The notes: a model not told the origin generated them from the sequence alone. Shown: positions 42,204 through 52,174, counted from the stretch's first letter. The stretch: DNA of 64,000 bases from Kiritimatiellia bacterium (GCA_040768005.1 JAXGNL010000001.1:7008-71007), one strand, 5' to 3'. Made by a program: numbers and translations.

Positions 42204-45200
42204 GCGAGACGCCACGAACTCACATCGGCGATGCGGCGGATGTCGCCCGCGCCTCACTGGACCTGCCGGATTTCGACGAGGCGTCGGTTTCCCAGATCCC
42301 GGCGTTGCTGGAGCTGGTGAACCTGGGGTACACGTATCTGCCGCGGGCGGACGTCGCGAGCATGCGGGAAAGCGCGTCGCAATATGTGCTGCGGGATATC
42401 GCTTTCGCGGCGCTGCGCCAGATCAACGGGGAGAACATCTCGGACAAGAGCATCCGCGATGCGGTATTCGAAATGGAGCAGATCCATCTGGGCGGCGGGG
42501 TGTTCCGCGCCTCGGAGGAAGTGTATGCGCTGCTGCTGGCGGGCCGGTCGGTGCCGGAGCTGGCCGGGGGGCGGCGGGTGTCGCCGCAGATGCGGTTTGT
42601 GGATTTCCGGGAGCCGGAGAACAACGCGTTCCATGTCTGCGCGGAATTCGAGATCGCCGAGGGGCATGACCGTCGGCTGGACATCGTTCTTTTCGTGAAC
42701 GGGTTTCCGTTCGCGGTGATCGAGAACAAGAAGGAGTCGGTGAAGGTTGGCGAGGCGGTGGCGCAGATGGTGCGGAACCAGGGGCGGAACGAGACGCCGA
42801 AGTTCTTCCTGTTCCCCCAGATTCTCGTGGCGACCAACGTGCGGGAGCTGAAATACGGGACGATGCTGACGCCGGCGCGGTTTTATGCGCAGTGGAAGGA
42901 GAAGGATGCCGATCCCCAGGTGGTGGATGCGGCGGTGGCGGCGGTGATCCACAAACCGGTGGCCCCGGAGGTGGTGCGGCGGATTGCCGGCGACCTGATC
43001 CGGCAGGAGTATGTGCCGCCGGAGGCGCGGACGGTGACGGAGCAGGATCGGGGCATCCACGGCCTGCTGCGCCCGGAGCGCCTGCTGGATCTGGTGCGGA
43101 ACTTCATTCTCTACGACAACAACGTCAAGAAAATCGCCCGGTATCCGCAGGTTTTCGCGATCAAAAAGGCCATGAGAGGGCTGAAGACCTTCGACCGGAA
43201 CGGGCGTCGCAAGGGCGGGCTGATCTGGCATACGCAGGGCTCGGGGAAAAGCCTGACGATGGTGATGCTGGTGAAGTGCCTGATCGATGATCCGGAGATC
43301 GTGCTGCCGCGCGTGGTGGTGGTGACGGACCGGCGGGACCTGGACCGGCAGATCAGCGACACCTTCGCGGCCTGCAACATCAAGAAGGACGTGGTGCGCA
43401 CGCGGAGCGCCAAGGAACTGCTGCGCCTGATCCGGGACAAGGACCAGCGGGTCGTTACGGCCCTGATCCACAAGTTCGAAGCCTCGAAGGCGGAGCGGGA
43501 CTTTGTGGATGACGACCCGAACCTCTTCATCCTGATCGACGAAGCGCACCGGACCCAGGGCGGGCAGGCGAATACAGAATTGAACCTGATTTTGCCCAGG
43601 GCCTGCCAGATCGGATTTACGGGCACGCCGCTGATGAAAAAGGAGAAGGTCAAGGGCCGGAAGGGCCCGGCCCACGTGGTCAAGGCCAGCGAGCGCAAGT
43701 TCGGGGGGATCATCGACGCCTACACGATCTCCGAAGCGGAGGCGGATGGCGTGGTGCTCCCGCTGATCTATCAGCCGCGGTTCGTGGAGCAGACGGTCCA
43801 GCAGGCGCTGCTGGACCGGTTTTATGACCAGATCACCCGGGAGCTGACGGACAAGCAGAAGAAGGATTTGCAGAAGAAGTTCAATTCGTCCCAGATCGTG
43901 GAGGAGACGTCCCAGCGGATCGAGACGATTTCATTGGACATTCTGGAACATTTTCGCCCGTTCCGGAACACCGGGCTGAAGGCCCAGATCGTGGCGCCGT
44001 CCAAATACGCGGCGGTGATGTTCCGGAAGGCCTTCGACCTGCTGGGGGAAGACGCGGTCGAGGTGATCATTTCGGACACGGCGGACCAGGAGACGGACGA
44101 TCAGCTTCCGGCGCACAAACGGGAGGTGGCGGAATGGCTGGAGGAGGAAAAGCACCGGCACGGCGCCTCGCTGGAGGCCCGCGAGAAAAAGCTGATCAAG
44201 GAGTTCCGGGACAATCCCGAGGGCGTACGCATGCTGATCGTGGTGGACAAGCTGCTGACCGGGTTTGATGCGCCGCGCAATTCCTTCCTGTATCTGGCGA
44301 AACAGCTCAAGGACCACAATCTCCTGCAGGCGATCGCGCGAGTGAACCGCCTGTTCGACGGGGACGAAGGCCATGAGGCCAAGGTCAACGGGTTCGTGAT
44401 CGATTATTCCAAGAACGCAAAAAATCTGCGCGATGCGATGGAGCTGTTCTCCAGCTACGACCCGGAGGACGTGGACGGGGCGCTGCTGAACACCGGGGAG
44501 AAGATCCGGGAGCTGGAGCGCGTGGTCCAGGATTTGCATGCGATGTTCAATGGCGTCCGGGACAAACGGGATACCGAGGCGTATGTCCGGGTGCTGGAAG
44601 AAAGCGTGGTGGCGCGCGAGCGGTTCTACGAGCTGGTGAACGAGTTCATCAAGCAGTTCGCGACCTGCCGGATGCTGCCCGACTTCGCGCAGCAGTTCCC
44701 GGCCGACAAGCTGCACCGGTATCAGAGCGACCTGAAGAAGTTCGTGGAGTTGAAGAAAATCCAGAAAATCAAGAACGCGGAAGAAATCGATTTCTCGAAG
44801 TACGAGGACCAGATCCGGCGGATTCTGGACAAGTATGTTTCCTCGGAATACGTGATCGAGCTGTCCCGGCCCCTGTTGATCCGGGAGTCCCGGGAGTTCA
44901 ATGCCTACATCGAGAATGCGGAGCGCGGGCTTTCGGACAAATCGAAGGCGGAGGCCATTGCCGCCCAAACCCAGCGGACCATCCGCGAGAATCTCCACCG
45001 GGATCCCGAATTCTACAGGCGGTTCAGCGAAAAGATCGAAAAGCTGATTGCCGATCTCCGGGCGGCCAAGAAAGAAGACCTGAAGGCGCTCTTGGAACGC
45101 GCCCGGGATGTCCAGGGAAGGGTTGCTGCCTATGAGGCGAACGACATTCCGGTGGCGATCCGGCGACAGACGGCGCTGCACCCGTTTTATCGCAGCCTCC

Positions 45201-45457
45201 AGTCCGGACTGAAGGCCCATGCGGTGCCGGAAGAGCGGCTTTGCGAGATGACCCAGGCCATGGCCGGGCGGATTGAGCCGCACAAGATCGTGGATTGGTG
45301 GCAGAACATCGAGGTGGAACGGCAGGTGCGGACGGATCTGGAGGATTACCTGTTTGATGTGGTGAAAGAGAAAATCGGCATTCCTCTGTCCGCCGGGGAA
45401 ATTGAACGGCTGACCTCGAAGGTCTGGGAGCTGGCCGTGGAGAACCGGTCGCCATGA
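42200..45457 (+). CDS. hsdR: type I restriction enzyme R subunit
   Basis: 1085 aa. PD-(D/E)xK-like RLDIVLFVNGFPFAVIENKK, helicase motifs WHTQGSGKSLTMV and ILIDEAHRTQGG, and VVDKLLTGFDAP. Confidence 0.9.
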   Translation: MSETPRTHIGDAADVARASLDLPDFDEASVSQIPALLELVNLGYTYLPRADVASMRESASQYVLRDIAFAALRQINGENISDKSIRDAVFEMEQIHLGGGVFRASEEVYALLLAGRSVPELAGGRRVSPQMRFVDFREPENNAFHVCAEFEIAEGHDRRLDIVLFVNGFPFAVIENKKESVKVGEAVAQMVRNQGRNETPKFFLFPQILVATNVRELKYGTMLTPARFYAQWKEKDADPQVVDAAVAAVIHKPVAPEVVRRIAGDLIRQEYVPPEARTVTEQDRGIHGLLRPERLLDLVRNFILYDNNVKKIARYPQVFAIKKAMRGLKTFDRNGRRKGGLIWHTQGSGKSLTMVMLVKCLIDDPEIVLPRVVVVTDRRDLDRQISDTFAACNIKKDVVRTRSAKELLRLIRDKDQRVVTALIHKFEASKAERDFVDDDPNLFILIDEAHRTQGGQANTELNLILPRACQIGFTGTPLMKKEKVKGRKGPAHVVKASERKFGGIIDAYTISEAEADGVVLPLIYQPRFVEQTVQQALLDRFYDQITRELTDKQKKDLQKKFNSSQIVEETSQRIETISLDILEHFRPFRNTGLKAQIVAPSKYAAVMFRKAFDLLGEDAVEVIISDTADQETDDQLPAHKREVAEWLEEEKHRHGASLEAREKKLIKEFRDNPEGVRMLIVVDKLLTGFDAPRNSFLYLAKQLKDHNLLQAIARVNRLFDGDEGHEAKVNGFVIDYSKNAKNLRDAMELFSSYDPEDVDGALLNTGEKIRELERVVQDLHAMFNGVRDKRDTEAYVRVLEESVVARERFYELVNEFIKQFATCRMLPDFAQQFPADKLHRYQSDLKKFVELKKIQKIKNAEEIDFSKYEDQIRRILDKYVSSEYVIELSRPLLIRESREFNAYIENAERGLSDKSKAEAIAAQTQRTIRENLHRDPEFYRRFSEKIEKLIADLRAAKKEDLKALLERARDVQGRVAAYEANDIPVAIRRQTALHPFYRSLQSGLKAHAVPEERLCEMTQAMAGRIEPHKIVDWWQNIEVERQVRTDLEDYLFDVVKEKIGIPLSAGEIERLTSKVWELAVENRSP

Positions 45458-46188
45458 CGGCGGAACTGTCGAGTACCGGGGTGCCCATCCGCCAGTTGAC
45501 GTTTGACCATCACGCGCTGGACTATTGCCTGATCCGGGAGGACCGGAAAACCCTGTCGGCAACGGTATTTCCGAGCCGGGTCCTGCTGGTGAAGGCCCCG
45601 CGGGAGGTCCAAGACGCGCGTATCGACGACTTTCTGCACCGGAAACTGTGCTGGATCCTGAAACAGCAGCGCTATTTTGCCCAGTTCAAGATTCCGGGGA
45701 AGAAACAATATGTGAGCGGAGAGACCTTCCGGTACCGGGGGCGGGGCTACAAGCTGCTGGTTCGCAGGGGGGGGGCGGAGGAACGGGTGTCCTTGCGGCA
45801 CGGGGTGTTGACGGTATTCACGACGTCGACCGGCACCCCGTCCCATGTGAAGGGGTTGCTGGACCGATGGTATGCGGAACGGGCCCGGCACGTATTCGGC
45901 GAGCGGCTGGCGGTTTGCTCGGGGCTCTTTGATTATGAGGAGACACCCGGCCTGGTGATTCGCAAGGCGACCCGGCGGTGGGGCAGCTTTTCCCGCAAAA
46001 CCCGGCGGATCATGCTGAACCTGGATTTGATCAAGGTGGCGGCCCGATATCTGGACTATGTCATCATCCATGAGTTGTGCCATGTGGCGCACAAGAACCA
46101 CGATGGGGCCTTTTACCGCCTCATGGAATCGAAGCTCCCGCAATGGGAGAAGCTCAAGACCGAGCTGGAGCTGAATCTGTTTGGCTGA
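45454..46188 (+). CDS. YgjP-like (DUF45/M48-type) zinc metallopeptidase
   Basis: WGSFSRKTRRIMLNLDLIKVAARYLDYVIIHELCHVAHKNH (HExxH). A common accessory gene of type I R-M loci. ATGA overlap with the hsdR stop. Confidence 0.75.
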   Translation: MTAELSSTGVPIRQLTFDHHALDYCLIREDRKTLSATVFPSRVLLVKAPREVQDARIDDFLHRKLCWILKQQRYFAQFKIPGKKQYVSGETFRYRGRGYKLLVRRGGAEERVSLRHGVLTVFTTSTGTPSHVKGLLDRWYAERARHVFGERLAVCSGLFDYEETPGLVIRKATRRWGSFSRKTRRIMLNLDLIKVAARYLDYVIIHELCHVAHKNHDGAFYRLMESKLPQWEKLKTELELNLFG

Positions 46189-46227
46189 AACGGGGTGGTT
46201 TCCCGGTGCCATAACCATGAATGGGGG

Positions 46228-46686
46228 CTACAGTCCGCGGGGAAGCGTGTCGAAACCGGGGCGGGGGTGGCCGCAGTGGAGGCAGGCGGCACGGTGGACG
46301 CTGAGGGGTTTCCCGCAGGCGGGGCAGGCCCAGCGGATTTTTTCGCGGGCGACGAACGCTCGCAGGCCGGCGTCGCGGATGGAGGCGAGATTGTCGAGCA
46401 TGCTCATGCCGTAGCGGGTGCGGTAGCGTTTGTCCAAATCGCGGAGGCGTCGGCAGGGGTAGTCGGGGCAACGGAAGCAGAACCGGTTGGGCCGGCCTTG
46501 CCGGGTGCAGAGCTTGATGGTGCATTGGCGGCAGGCGCCGGCCTTGATCTGATCATCGCGGTGGTTGCAGCCCGGGCACCGGTTTTTCTCCCGGAGGTGG
46601 CCGATGCACAGCGCGCAGTTCATGCCGCAGGGGGCGATCATCGCCGCCTGGATGGGCCGGAGCCGGATGGGGGGCCGTCGGGTCAT
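46228..46686 (-). CDS. Cys-rich DUF3795-like protein
   Basis: 152 aa from MTRRPPIRLRPIQAAMIAPCGMNCALCIGHLREKNRCPGCN..., with many CxxC pairs. The start at 46686 forms an ATGA overlap with the stop of 46683..47021. It lies inside the longer track ORF 46228..47244. Confidence 0.45.
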   Translation of the reverse strand: MTRRPPIRLRPIQAAMIAPCGMNCALCIGHLREKNRCPGCNHRDDQIKAGACRQCTIKLCTRQGRPNRFCFRCPDYPCRRLRDLDKRYRTRYGMSMLDNLASIRDAGLRAFVAREKIRWACPACGKPLSVHRAACLHCGHPRPGFDTLPRGL

Positions 46687-47021
46687 GTGGCCTTCCTCCT
46701 GGGCTTCTTTTTCGCGCCGGGCGGGGGCAGGTCGCGTGCAGTGGCCCGGACGAGGCCGGCGATCCAGTCGCGGTCCTCGAAGGCGTCCTCGATCAGGAAG
46801 TAGTCCTTGGCCCCGGGATAGGGCGGGGCTTCCGTGACATGGCCGATGAAGGCGCGGCCGGCGGGGGTGGGCTTGATGAACAGCTGGTTGTCGCACACGA
46901 GTGCCACGACCTTGCCGTTGCAGTAGAGCGCGTATTCGCCGAACATCTTGCGGAACGAGATGTCGCCCGCCTCCGCCATCTGGTCCGCCAGAAATTCCAT
47001 GAAGCTTGAATCGGTTGCCAT
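46683..47021 (-). CDS. TfoX N-terminal domain family protein
   Basis: FMEFLADQMAEAGDISFRKMFGEYALYCNGKVVALVCDNQLFIK resembles the TfoX/Sxy N-terminal domain. Confidence 0.55.
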   Translation of the reverse strand: MATDSSFMEFLADQMAEAGDISFRKMFGEYALYCNGKVVALVCDNQLFIKPTPAGRAFIGHVTEAPPYPGAKDYFLIEDAFEDRDWIAGLVRATARDLPPPGAKKKPRRKAT

Positions 47022-47116
47022 GGGACCTCCCGTCTTGGAAGATCAGTGTACGGGACGGGAGGCGGGGAGGGAAAGGGGATTTCGGGTTTGTCTGGACGGA
47101 CGAATTGAAACCCCAA

Positions 47117-47315
47117 CCACGGATGGGCGGATCAACCCTTGCCGATGCGCCCGGCGGGCGCGCTGGAACAAGAGAACAGCCGGCTACGGATTTCACGGAT
47201 GATACGGATTCAACCCATAGGTGCCTGTAGCGAATCCGGTTCATCCGTAGCTGAACCGGGTCCCCGCCGGTTATTCCGGGCGGATCCGTCTGTGTTGATC
47301 CGTGTCCATCCGTGG
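47117..47315. repeat. inverted-repeat-bounded non-coding element (REP/MITE-like)
   Basis: CCACGGATGGGCGGATCAAC (47117-47136) is the near reverse complement of GTTGATCCGTGTCCATCCGTGG (47294-47315). Internal copies of the (C/T)ACGGAT motif, or its complement ATCCGT(A/G), occur as CTACGGATTTCACGGATGATACGGATTC and TCATCCGTAGC. Confidence 0.55.
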
Positions 47316-47325
47316 TTGTCTTGTT

Positions 47326-48498
47326 TTACAGCCTGGCGTGGCGGTCGGCGATGGCGTCGGCGAGGGCTTCGAGCTGCAGATAGGTTTCCGCGCGGGGGTC
47401 GCCGCGGCAGATGACCGGGTCGAGCAGTTCGACCTTGAGGTTGGGAATGAGGGCGGCCACCTGCTCGACGACCTTGGTGCTCCAGCCGTAGGAGCCGATG
47501 ATCGAGGCAAAGCGAACCTTGGGGCGGATGGCGTTGGCAAGGTGGGCGGCGTAGTGCGCGGCGGGGTGGGGCCCCACGTGCACCGTGGAGGTGCCCAGCA
47601 CCAGCGTGGCGGCATCCACCAGGGACATCGCCAGTTTGCCGATGTCGGTGACGACGAGATCGAAGAGGTGGACCTTGACGCCGCGGGCCACGAGGGCGTC
47701 GAGCAGGGCATGCGCCATTTTCTGCGTACTGCCGTGCATGGAGACATAGGGCAGGACCACTTCGTTCTTCACGGCGTCGGAGGCCCAGTCCCGGTAGGCG
47801 TCCAGGATGAACTGCGGCTGGTCGTAGACCGGCCCGTGGCTGGGGGCGATCATGCCGATGTCCCTGGCGAGCACCTTGTCGAGGTTGCGCCGGATGGGCT
47901 GGCGGAAGGGCATCATGATTTCGGCATAATAGCGCTTGGCGGCCTCGAGGGTGGCGGCGGGATTCGTGACGTACAGGTCGGAGGTGGCCAGATGCGAGCC
48001 GAAGAAATCGCAGGAGAAGAGAATGCGGTCTTCGGGCAGCCAGGTGGACATGGTTTCGGGCCAGTGAACCCAGGGCGTGTAGAGGAATTCGAGGGTTTTG
48101 CCGCCGAGGTCGAGGGTTTCGCCGTCGGCAACCGTTTGAAAGACATCCTCGGGGAGCTGCAGCAGGTCGATCAGCATGTCGCGGCACTTGGGATTGGTGA
48201 CGACCTTGGCGCCGGGATATTTTTCCAGCACGAACGGGATGGAGCCGGAGTGGTCCTGTTCGGCGTGCTGCGAAACAATGTAGTCCACGCGGTCGACGTC
48301 TTCGAGCTGGGCTTTCAGCACTTCCCACTGGTCGGGATCCGCGGTATCGATCAGGGCGGTTTTATCCTTTCCGCGGACGAGATAGGCGTTGTAGCTGGTG
48401 CCGTCGGGCAGAGGAATCAGCGAGTCAAACAGCCGCCGGTTCCAGTCGGCGGCGCCGAGGAACTCCACTCCATCCGCCATGTTCCGGATTTTCATCAT
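47326..48498 (-). CDS. flavodiiron protein (FprA-type, metallo-beta-lactamase plus flavodoxin domains)
   Basis: Di-iron site HAEQDHSG, WPETMSTWLPEDRILFSCDFFGSH, and a C-terminal flavodoxin-like VLPYVSMHGSTQKMAHAL. AAGGAGA lies upstream of the ATG. Confidence 0.85.
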   Translation of the reverse strand: MMKIRNMADGVEFLGAADWNRRLFDSLIPLPDGTSYNAYLVRGKDKTALIDTADPDQWEVLKAQLEDVDRVDYIVSQHAEQDHSGSIPFVLEKYPGAKVVTNPKCRDMLIDLLQLPEDVFQTVADGETLDLGGKTLEFLYTPWVHWPETMSTWLPEDRILFSCDFFGSHLATSDLYVTNPAATLEAAKRYYAEIMMPFRQPIRRNLDKVLARDIGMIAPSHGPVYDQPQFILDAYRDWASDAVKNEVVLPYVSMHGSTQKMAHALLDALVARGVKVHLFDLVVTDIGKLAMSLVDAATLVLGTSTVHVGPHPAAHYAAHLANAIRPKVRFASIIGSYGWSTKVVEQVAALIPNLKVELLDPVICRGDPRAETYLQLEALADAIADRHARL

Positions 48499-48720
48499 AT
48501 TCTCCTTGGCATAAAGCTCATCTGTTCAGCCCGGCCTGTGCCCCCGGGTTGTGCCCTATCCATACCATGTCGCGGCAAAACTGCAAGTCATCGGCCGGGA
48601 TTCGCCCGAAGCGGCCAGGGAAGCTGCCAGGGGCCATGGTTGGGGTTGAAGGGGGGGGCGGGGGATGGTACAAGGGCGGACGTGAAATGCCCCGCGGCGG
48701 GGCGGAAAAGAGCTGGAACC

Positions 48721-49026
48721 ATGGCGATGAATTTTTCGGAAAACGCGGATCGGATGGATGTCCGGTACGTGGCGGGGCTGGCGCGGATCGCGCTGTCGGA
48801 CGAAGAAGCGGCGCAGCTGCAGGGGCAGCTTGACGACATCCTGGCGTTCGTGGGCGAGCTGAAGACGCTGGAGGTGGAGGGGGTGGAGGCCACGGACGTG
48901 GCGGGCGAGGCGCAGAACGCCATGCGGGAGGATGAACCGCAGGCCGGCCTGCCGCGGGAAGCGGCGCTGGCGAACGCGCCGCTGGCGCGACACGGGCAGA
49001 TCGTGGTGCCGAAGGTGGTTGAATGA
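48721..49026 (+). CDS. gatC: Asp/Glu-tRNA amidotransferase subunit C
   Basis: VRYVAGLARIALSDEEAAQLQGQLDDILAFVGELKTLEVEGVEA. ATGA overlap with the gatA start. Confidence 0.85.
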   Translation: MAMNFSENADRMDVRYVAGLARIALSDEEAAQLQGQLDDILAFVGELKTLEVEGVEATDVAGEAQNAMREDEPQAGLPREAALANAPLARHGQIVVPKVVE

Positions 49027-50489
49027 GCGCGGACCTGTGCGAACTGGGCTTCCTGGAGGCGGCGGACGCGCTGGCGAAGGGGCAGATGACTTCCGCTGAG
49101 CTGACGGCGGCGCTGCTGGCGCGGGCGGAACAGCTGGAACCCGCCCTGAACGCGCTGACCTGGCGGGATGCGGAGGCCGCGCAGGCCGCCGCGAAGGCGG
49201 CGGATGAGGCCCGTGCGGCGGGGGACGAGCGTCCGCTGCTGGGCGTGCCGATCGCGATCAAGGACCTGCTGAACGTGAAGGGCCAGCCCTGCACGGCGGG
49301 TTCGAACATCCTGAAGGGGTACACGGCACCGTACGACGCAACGGTGATCGAGCGCCTGCGGGCAGCGGGATGCGTGTTCATTTCGCGCACGAACACGGAT
49401 GAATTCGCGATGGGCGGCAGCACGGAAACGAGCGCCTACGGCACGACGCGCAATCCATGGGATCCGGAGCGGGTGCCGGGCGGATCGAGCGGCGGTTCGG
49501 CGGCAGCGGTGGCGGCGCGGCTGGCGCCCGCGGCGCTGGCGTCGGACACCGGCGGCAGCATCCGCCAGCCGGCGGCCTTCTGCGGGGTGACGGGACTCAA
49601 GCCGACCTATGGCCGGGTGTCGCGCTACGGCTGCACGGCGTTCGCGTCGTCACTGGACCAGGTGGGGCCGATGGCGCGGACAGTGGAGGATGCCGCGGCG
49701 GTCTATCAGGTCATCGCCGGGCTGGATTCGCACGACTCGACGACTTCGGCGCGTCCGGTGGGTGATTGCCTGGCGGACGTGCGCGCGGCGGCGGACCTGA
49801 AAGGGATGAGGCTGGGACTGCCGAAGGAATATTTCGCGGAGGGGCTTGATCCGGAGGTGGAGCGGCTGACGCGGGCGGCGGCGGAGCAGTGCCGCGAACT
49901 GGGGGCGGAGATTGTGGACGTGGACCTGCCGCACAGCCGGTACGGCATTGCCTGCTACTACATCCTGGCGCCGGCCGAGGCCTCGGCGAACCTGGCGCGC
50001 TACGACGGGGTCCGCTACGGATTCCGCGCCGGGGCGGAAGAGCTCCAGGAGATGTACGAGAAGACCCGCGCGCAGGGGTTTGGGGCCGAGGTGAAACGGC
50101 GGGTGATTCTGGGCACCTACGTGCTCAGCAGCGGCTTCCATGATGCCTACTACCTGCGGGCGCAGAAGGTGCGCACGCTGATCCGCGGCGATTTCGACCG
50201 GGCCTTCCGGCAGTGCGACGCGATCATCGGGCCGGTGACGCCGACGGCGGCGTTCCGGGTGGGCGAAAAGAGCGCGGATCCGGTGCAGATGTACCTCGGT
50301 GACATCTTCACGGTGAACGTGAACCTGGCGGGGATCTGCGGGCTGAGCGTGCCGTGCGGATTCACGGCGGCCGGGCTGCCGGCGGGCCTGCATGTCGTGG
50401 GACCGGCCTTCGAGGATGCGCGCGTCCTGACCATCGGCGCGGCCTACCAGCATGCGACGGAGTGGCACAAGAAACAGCCGGAGATTTAA
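49023..50489 (+). CDS. gatA: Asp/Glu-tRNA amidotransferase subunit A
   Basis: Amidase signature [36 protein letters not shown]. Confidence 0.95.
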   Translation: MSADLCELGFLEAADALAKGQMTSAELTAALLARAEQLEPALNALTWRDAEAAQAAAKAADEARAAGDERPLLGVPIAIKDLLNVKGQPCTAGSNILKGYTAPYDATVIERLRAAGCVFISRTNTDEFAMGGSTETSAYGTTRNPWDPERVPGGSSGGSAAAVAARLAPAALASDTGGSIRQPAAFCGVTGLKPTYGRVSRYGCTAFASSLDQVGPMARTVEDAAAVYQVIAGLDSHDSTTSARPVGDCLADVRAAADLKGMRLGLPKEYFAEGLDPEVERLTRAAAEQCRELGAEIVDVDLPHSRYGIACYYILAPAEASANLARYDGVRYGFRAGAEELQEMYEKTRAQGFGAEVKRRVILGTYVLSSGFHDAYYLRAQKVRTLIRGDFDRAFRQCDAIIGPVTPTAAFRVGEKSADPVQMYLGDIFTVNVNLAGICGLSVPCGFTAAGLPAGLHVVGPAFEDARVLTIGAAYQHATEWHKKQPEI

Positions 50490-50497
50490 CAGCCATG

Positions 50498-50619
50498 AAC
50501 GCAAAAGACGCAAGAGACGCTAAAGGAACGCAAACGCCGGACATGAAAAGGGTATTTCAATCCAAGTCAGAGAGGGTTCGGTGCTTGCGAAACCTTGCGT
50601 CGTTTGCGCCTTTTGCGTT
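50498..50619. repeat. long inverted repeat (REP-like hairpin) between gatA and gatB
   Basis: AACGCAAAAGACGCAAGAGACGC (50498-50520) pairs with GCGTCGTTTGCGCCTTTTGCGTT (50597-50619), with 20 of 23 positions complementary. It shows the same 9-nt ACGCA-type periodicity as the repeats at 36485-37077. Confidence 0.7.
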
Positions 50620-50640
50620 GACGATTTCAAGGGATTCAAG

Positions 50641-52068
50641 ATGAGCGATTACATTCCATCCATCGGCTTGGAAGTGCATGTGCAGTTGAAGACGCGCACG
50701 AAAATGTTCTGCGCGTGCCCGGCGCACGAGGAAGGCGAACCGAACACGGCGGTGTGCCCGGTGTGCATGGGCCTGCCGGGGGCCATGCCGGTGATGAACC
50801 GCGAGGCGATCCGCAAGACGGTCCTGGTGGGCCTGATGATCGGCTCCGAGATTTCGCTGCGCAGCACGTTCGACCGGAAAAACTACTTTTATCCCGACAT
50901 GCCCAAGAACTTCCAGATCTCGCAGCAGGCGGCCCCGCTGTGCATCGGCGGCGCGGTGGAGATCGAGGCGGGCGGGAAGAAGAAGACCATCCGCGTGAAC
51001 CACATTCACCAGGAGGAGGACGCGGCGAAGATCACGCATCTGGCGAACTCCTCGGAAATCGACTACAACCGTGCCAGCACGCCGCTGATGGAGCTGGTGA
51101 CGGAGCCGGACATGTCGAGCCCGGACGAGGCGATCGCCTTCCTGACGGCCCTGAAGGAAATGCTGCTCTATGCGGGGATCAGCGACTGCAACCTCGAGCT
51201 GGGTCAGATGCGCTGCGACGTGAACTCGTCAGTGCGCCCGGCCGGCACGGACAAGCTGGGCGTGAAGTGCGAGATCAAGAACATGAACACCTTCAAGGGC
51301 ATTCACCGGGCGCTGACGTATGAACTGCAGCGGCAGGTGGAGACGCTGGAAGCCGGCGGCACGCTGGTGCAGGAGACGCGGCGCTGGGACGACGAGGCGG
51401 GCGTCACGCTCTCGATGCGGTCGAAGGAATACGCGCACGACTACCGCTATTTCCCGGAGCCGGACCTGCCGCCGGTGGTGCTGGATGCGGCGACGGTCGA
51501 GGCATGGCGCGCGGAACTGCCGGAACTGCCGGCGGCGCGGCGCGCACGGTTCACCGCTGACTACGGCCTGCCGGAATACGACGCCGGGGTGCTGACGGCC
51601 GACCGGGCGATCGCGGAGTACTTCGAGGCGGTTGCCAAGGCATCGGGCAACTTCAAGGCGGCGTCCAACTGGGTGATGGGCGAGGTGCTTCGGGCGCTGG
51701 GCGAGCAGGGCAAACCCGTCGCCGACGCGAAGATCACGCCCGCCGCGCTGGCGAAGCTGATCGCGCTGGTGGATGCCAAGACCATCAGTTCCTCGGCGGC
51801 CAAGGAGGTTTTCCAGGTGCTGTTCGACGAGGGCGGGGAGCCGGCGGCGGTCGTCGAGCGGAAGGGCCTGGCGCAGGTCAGCGACACGGGGGCGATCGAC
51901 GGCTTCGCGGAGGAAGCCATCGCCGCCAATCCCAAGGTGGCCGACGATTACCGGAGCGGAAAGGAAGCCGCGCTGAAGTTCCTGGTGGGGCAGGTCATGA
52001 AGCTGTCGCGCGGCAAGGCCAATCCGCAGCTGGCGGCCGAAGCGCTGAAGCAGCGGCTGGGGGGATAA
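50641..52068 (+). CDS. gatB: Asp/Glu-tRNA amidotransferase subunit B
   Basis: Start at MSDYIPSIGLEVHVQLKTRTKMFC. GLPGAMPVMN and RKNYFYPDMPKNFQISQ are present. ATG at 50641 inside track ORF 50581..52068. Confidence 0.95.
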   Translation: MSDYIPSIGLEVHVQLKTRTKMFCACPAHEEGEPNTAVCPVCMGLPGAMPVMNREAIRKTVLVGLMIGSEISLRSTFDRKNYFYPDMPKNFQISQQAAPLCIGGAVEIEAGGKKKTIRVNHIHQEEDAAKITHLANSSEIDYNRASTPLMELVTEPDMSSPDEAIAFLTALKEMLLYAGISDCNLELGQMRCDVNSSVRPAGTDKLGVKCEIKNMNTFKGIHRALTYELQRQVETLEAGGTLVQETRRWDDEAGVTLSMRSKEYAHDYRYFPEPDLPPVVLDAATVEAWRAELPELPAARRARFTADYGLPEYDAGVLTADRAIAEYFEAVAKASGNFKAASNWVMGEVLRALGEQGKPVADAKITPAALAKLIALVDAKTISSSAAKEVFQVLFDEGGEPAAVVERKGLAQVSDTGAIDGFAEEAIAANPKVADDYRSGKEAALKFLVGQVMKLSRGKANPQLAAEALKQRLGG

Positions 52069-52124
52069 TTCCGCGGGAGGCGGGGGGGCGGAATCCGGCA
52101 AAGATTCGACGGGAGGGGTCAACT

Positions 52125-52143
52125 CCCCGCTTGCCAAGCGGGG
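52125..52143 (+). terminator. candidate stem-loop terminator after gatB
   Basis: CCCCGCTT-GCC-AAGCGGGG is a perfect 8-bp stem 57 nt after the gatB stop. The downstream tract (tcaggcgtttcattc) is only weakly T-rich. Confidence 0.3.
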
Positions 52144-52174
52144 TCAGGCGTTTCATTCTGTGGGCGAAAACCCG

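Noticed and set aside
34388-47325. Calling the R-M block a bona fide mobile genomic island.
   Set aside because: There is no integrase, no tRNA target and no matching terminal repeat at the distal end. The only HUH gene is locked into the operon. The evidence (AT-rich leader, repeat at the clpB stop, mosaic composition) suggests horizontal origin but is insufficient for a mobile_element call.
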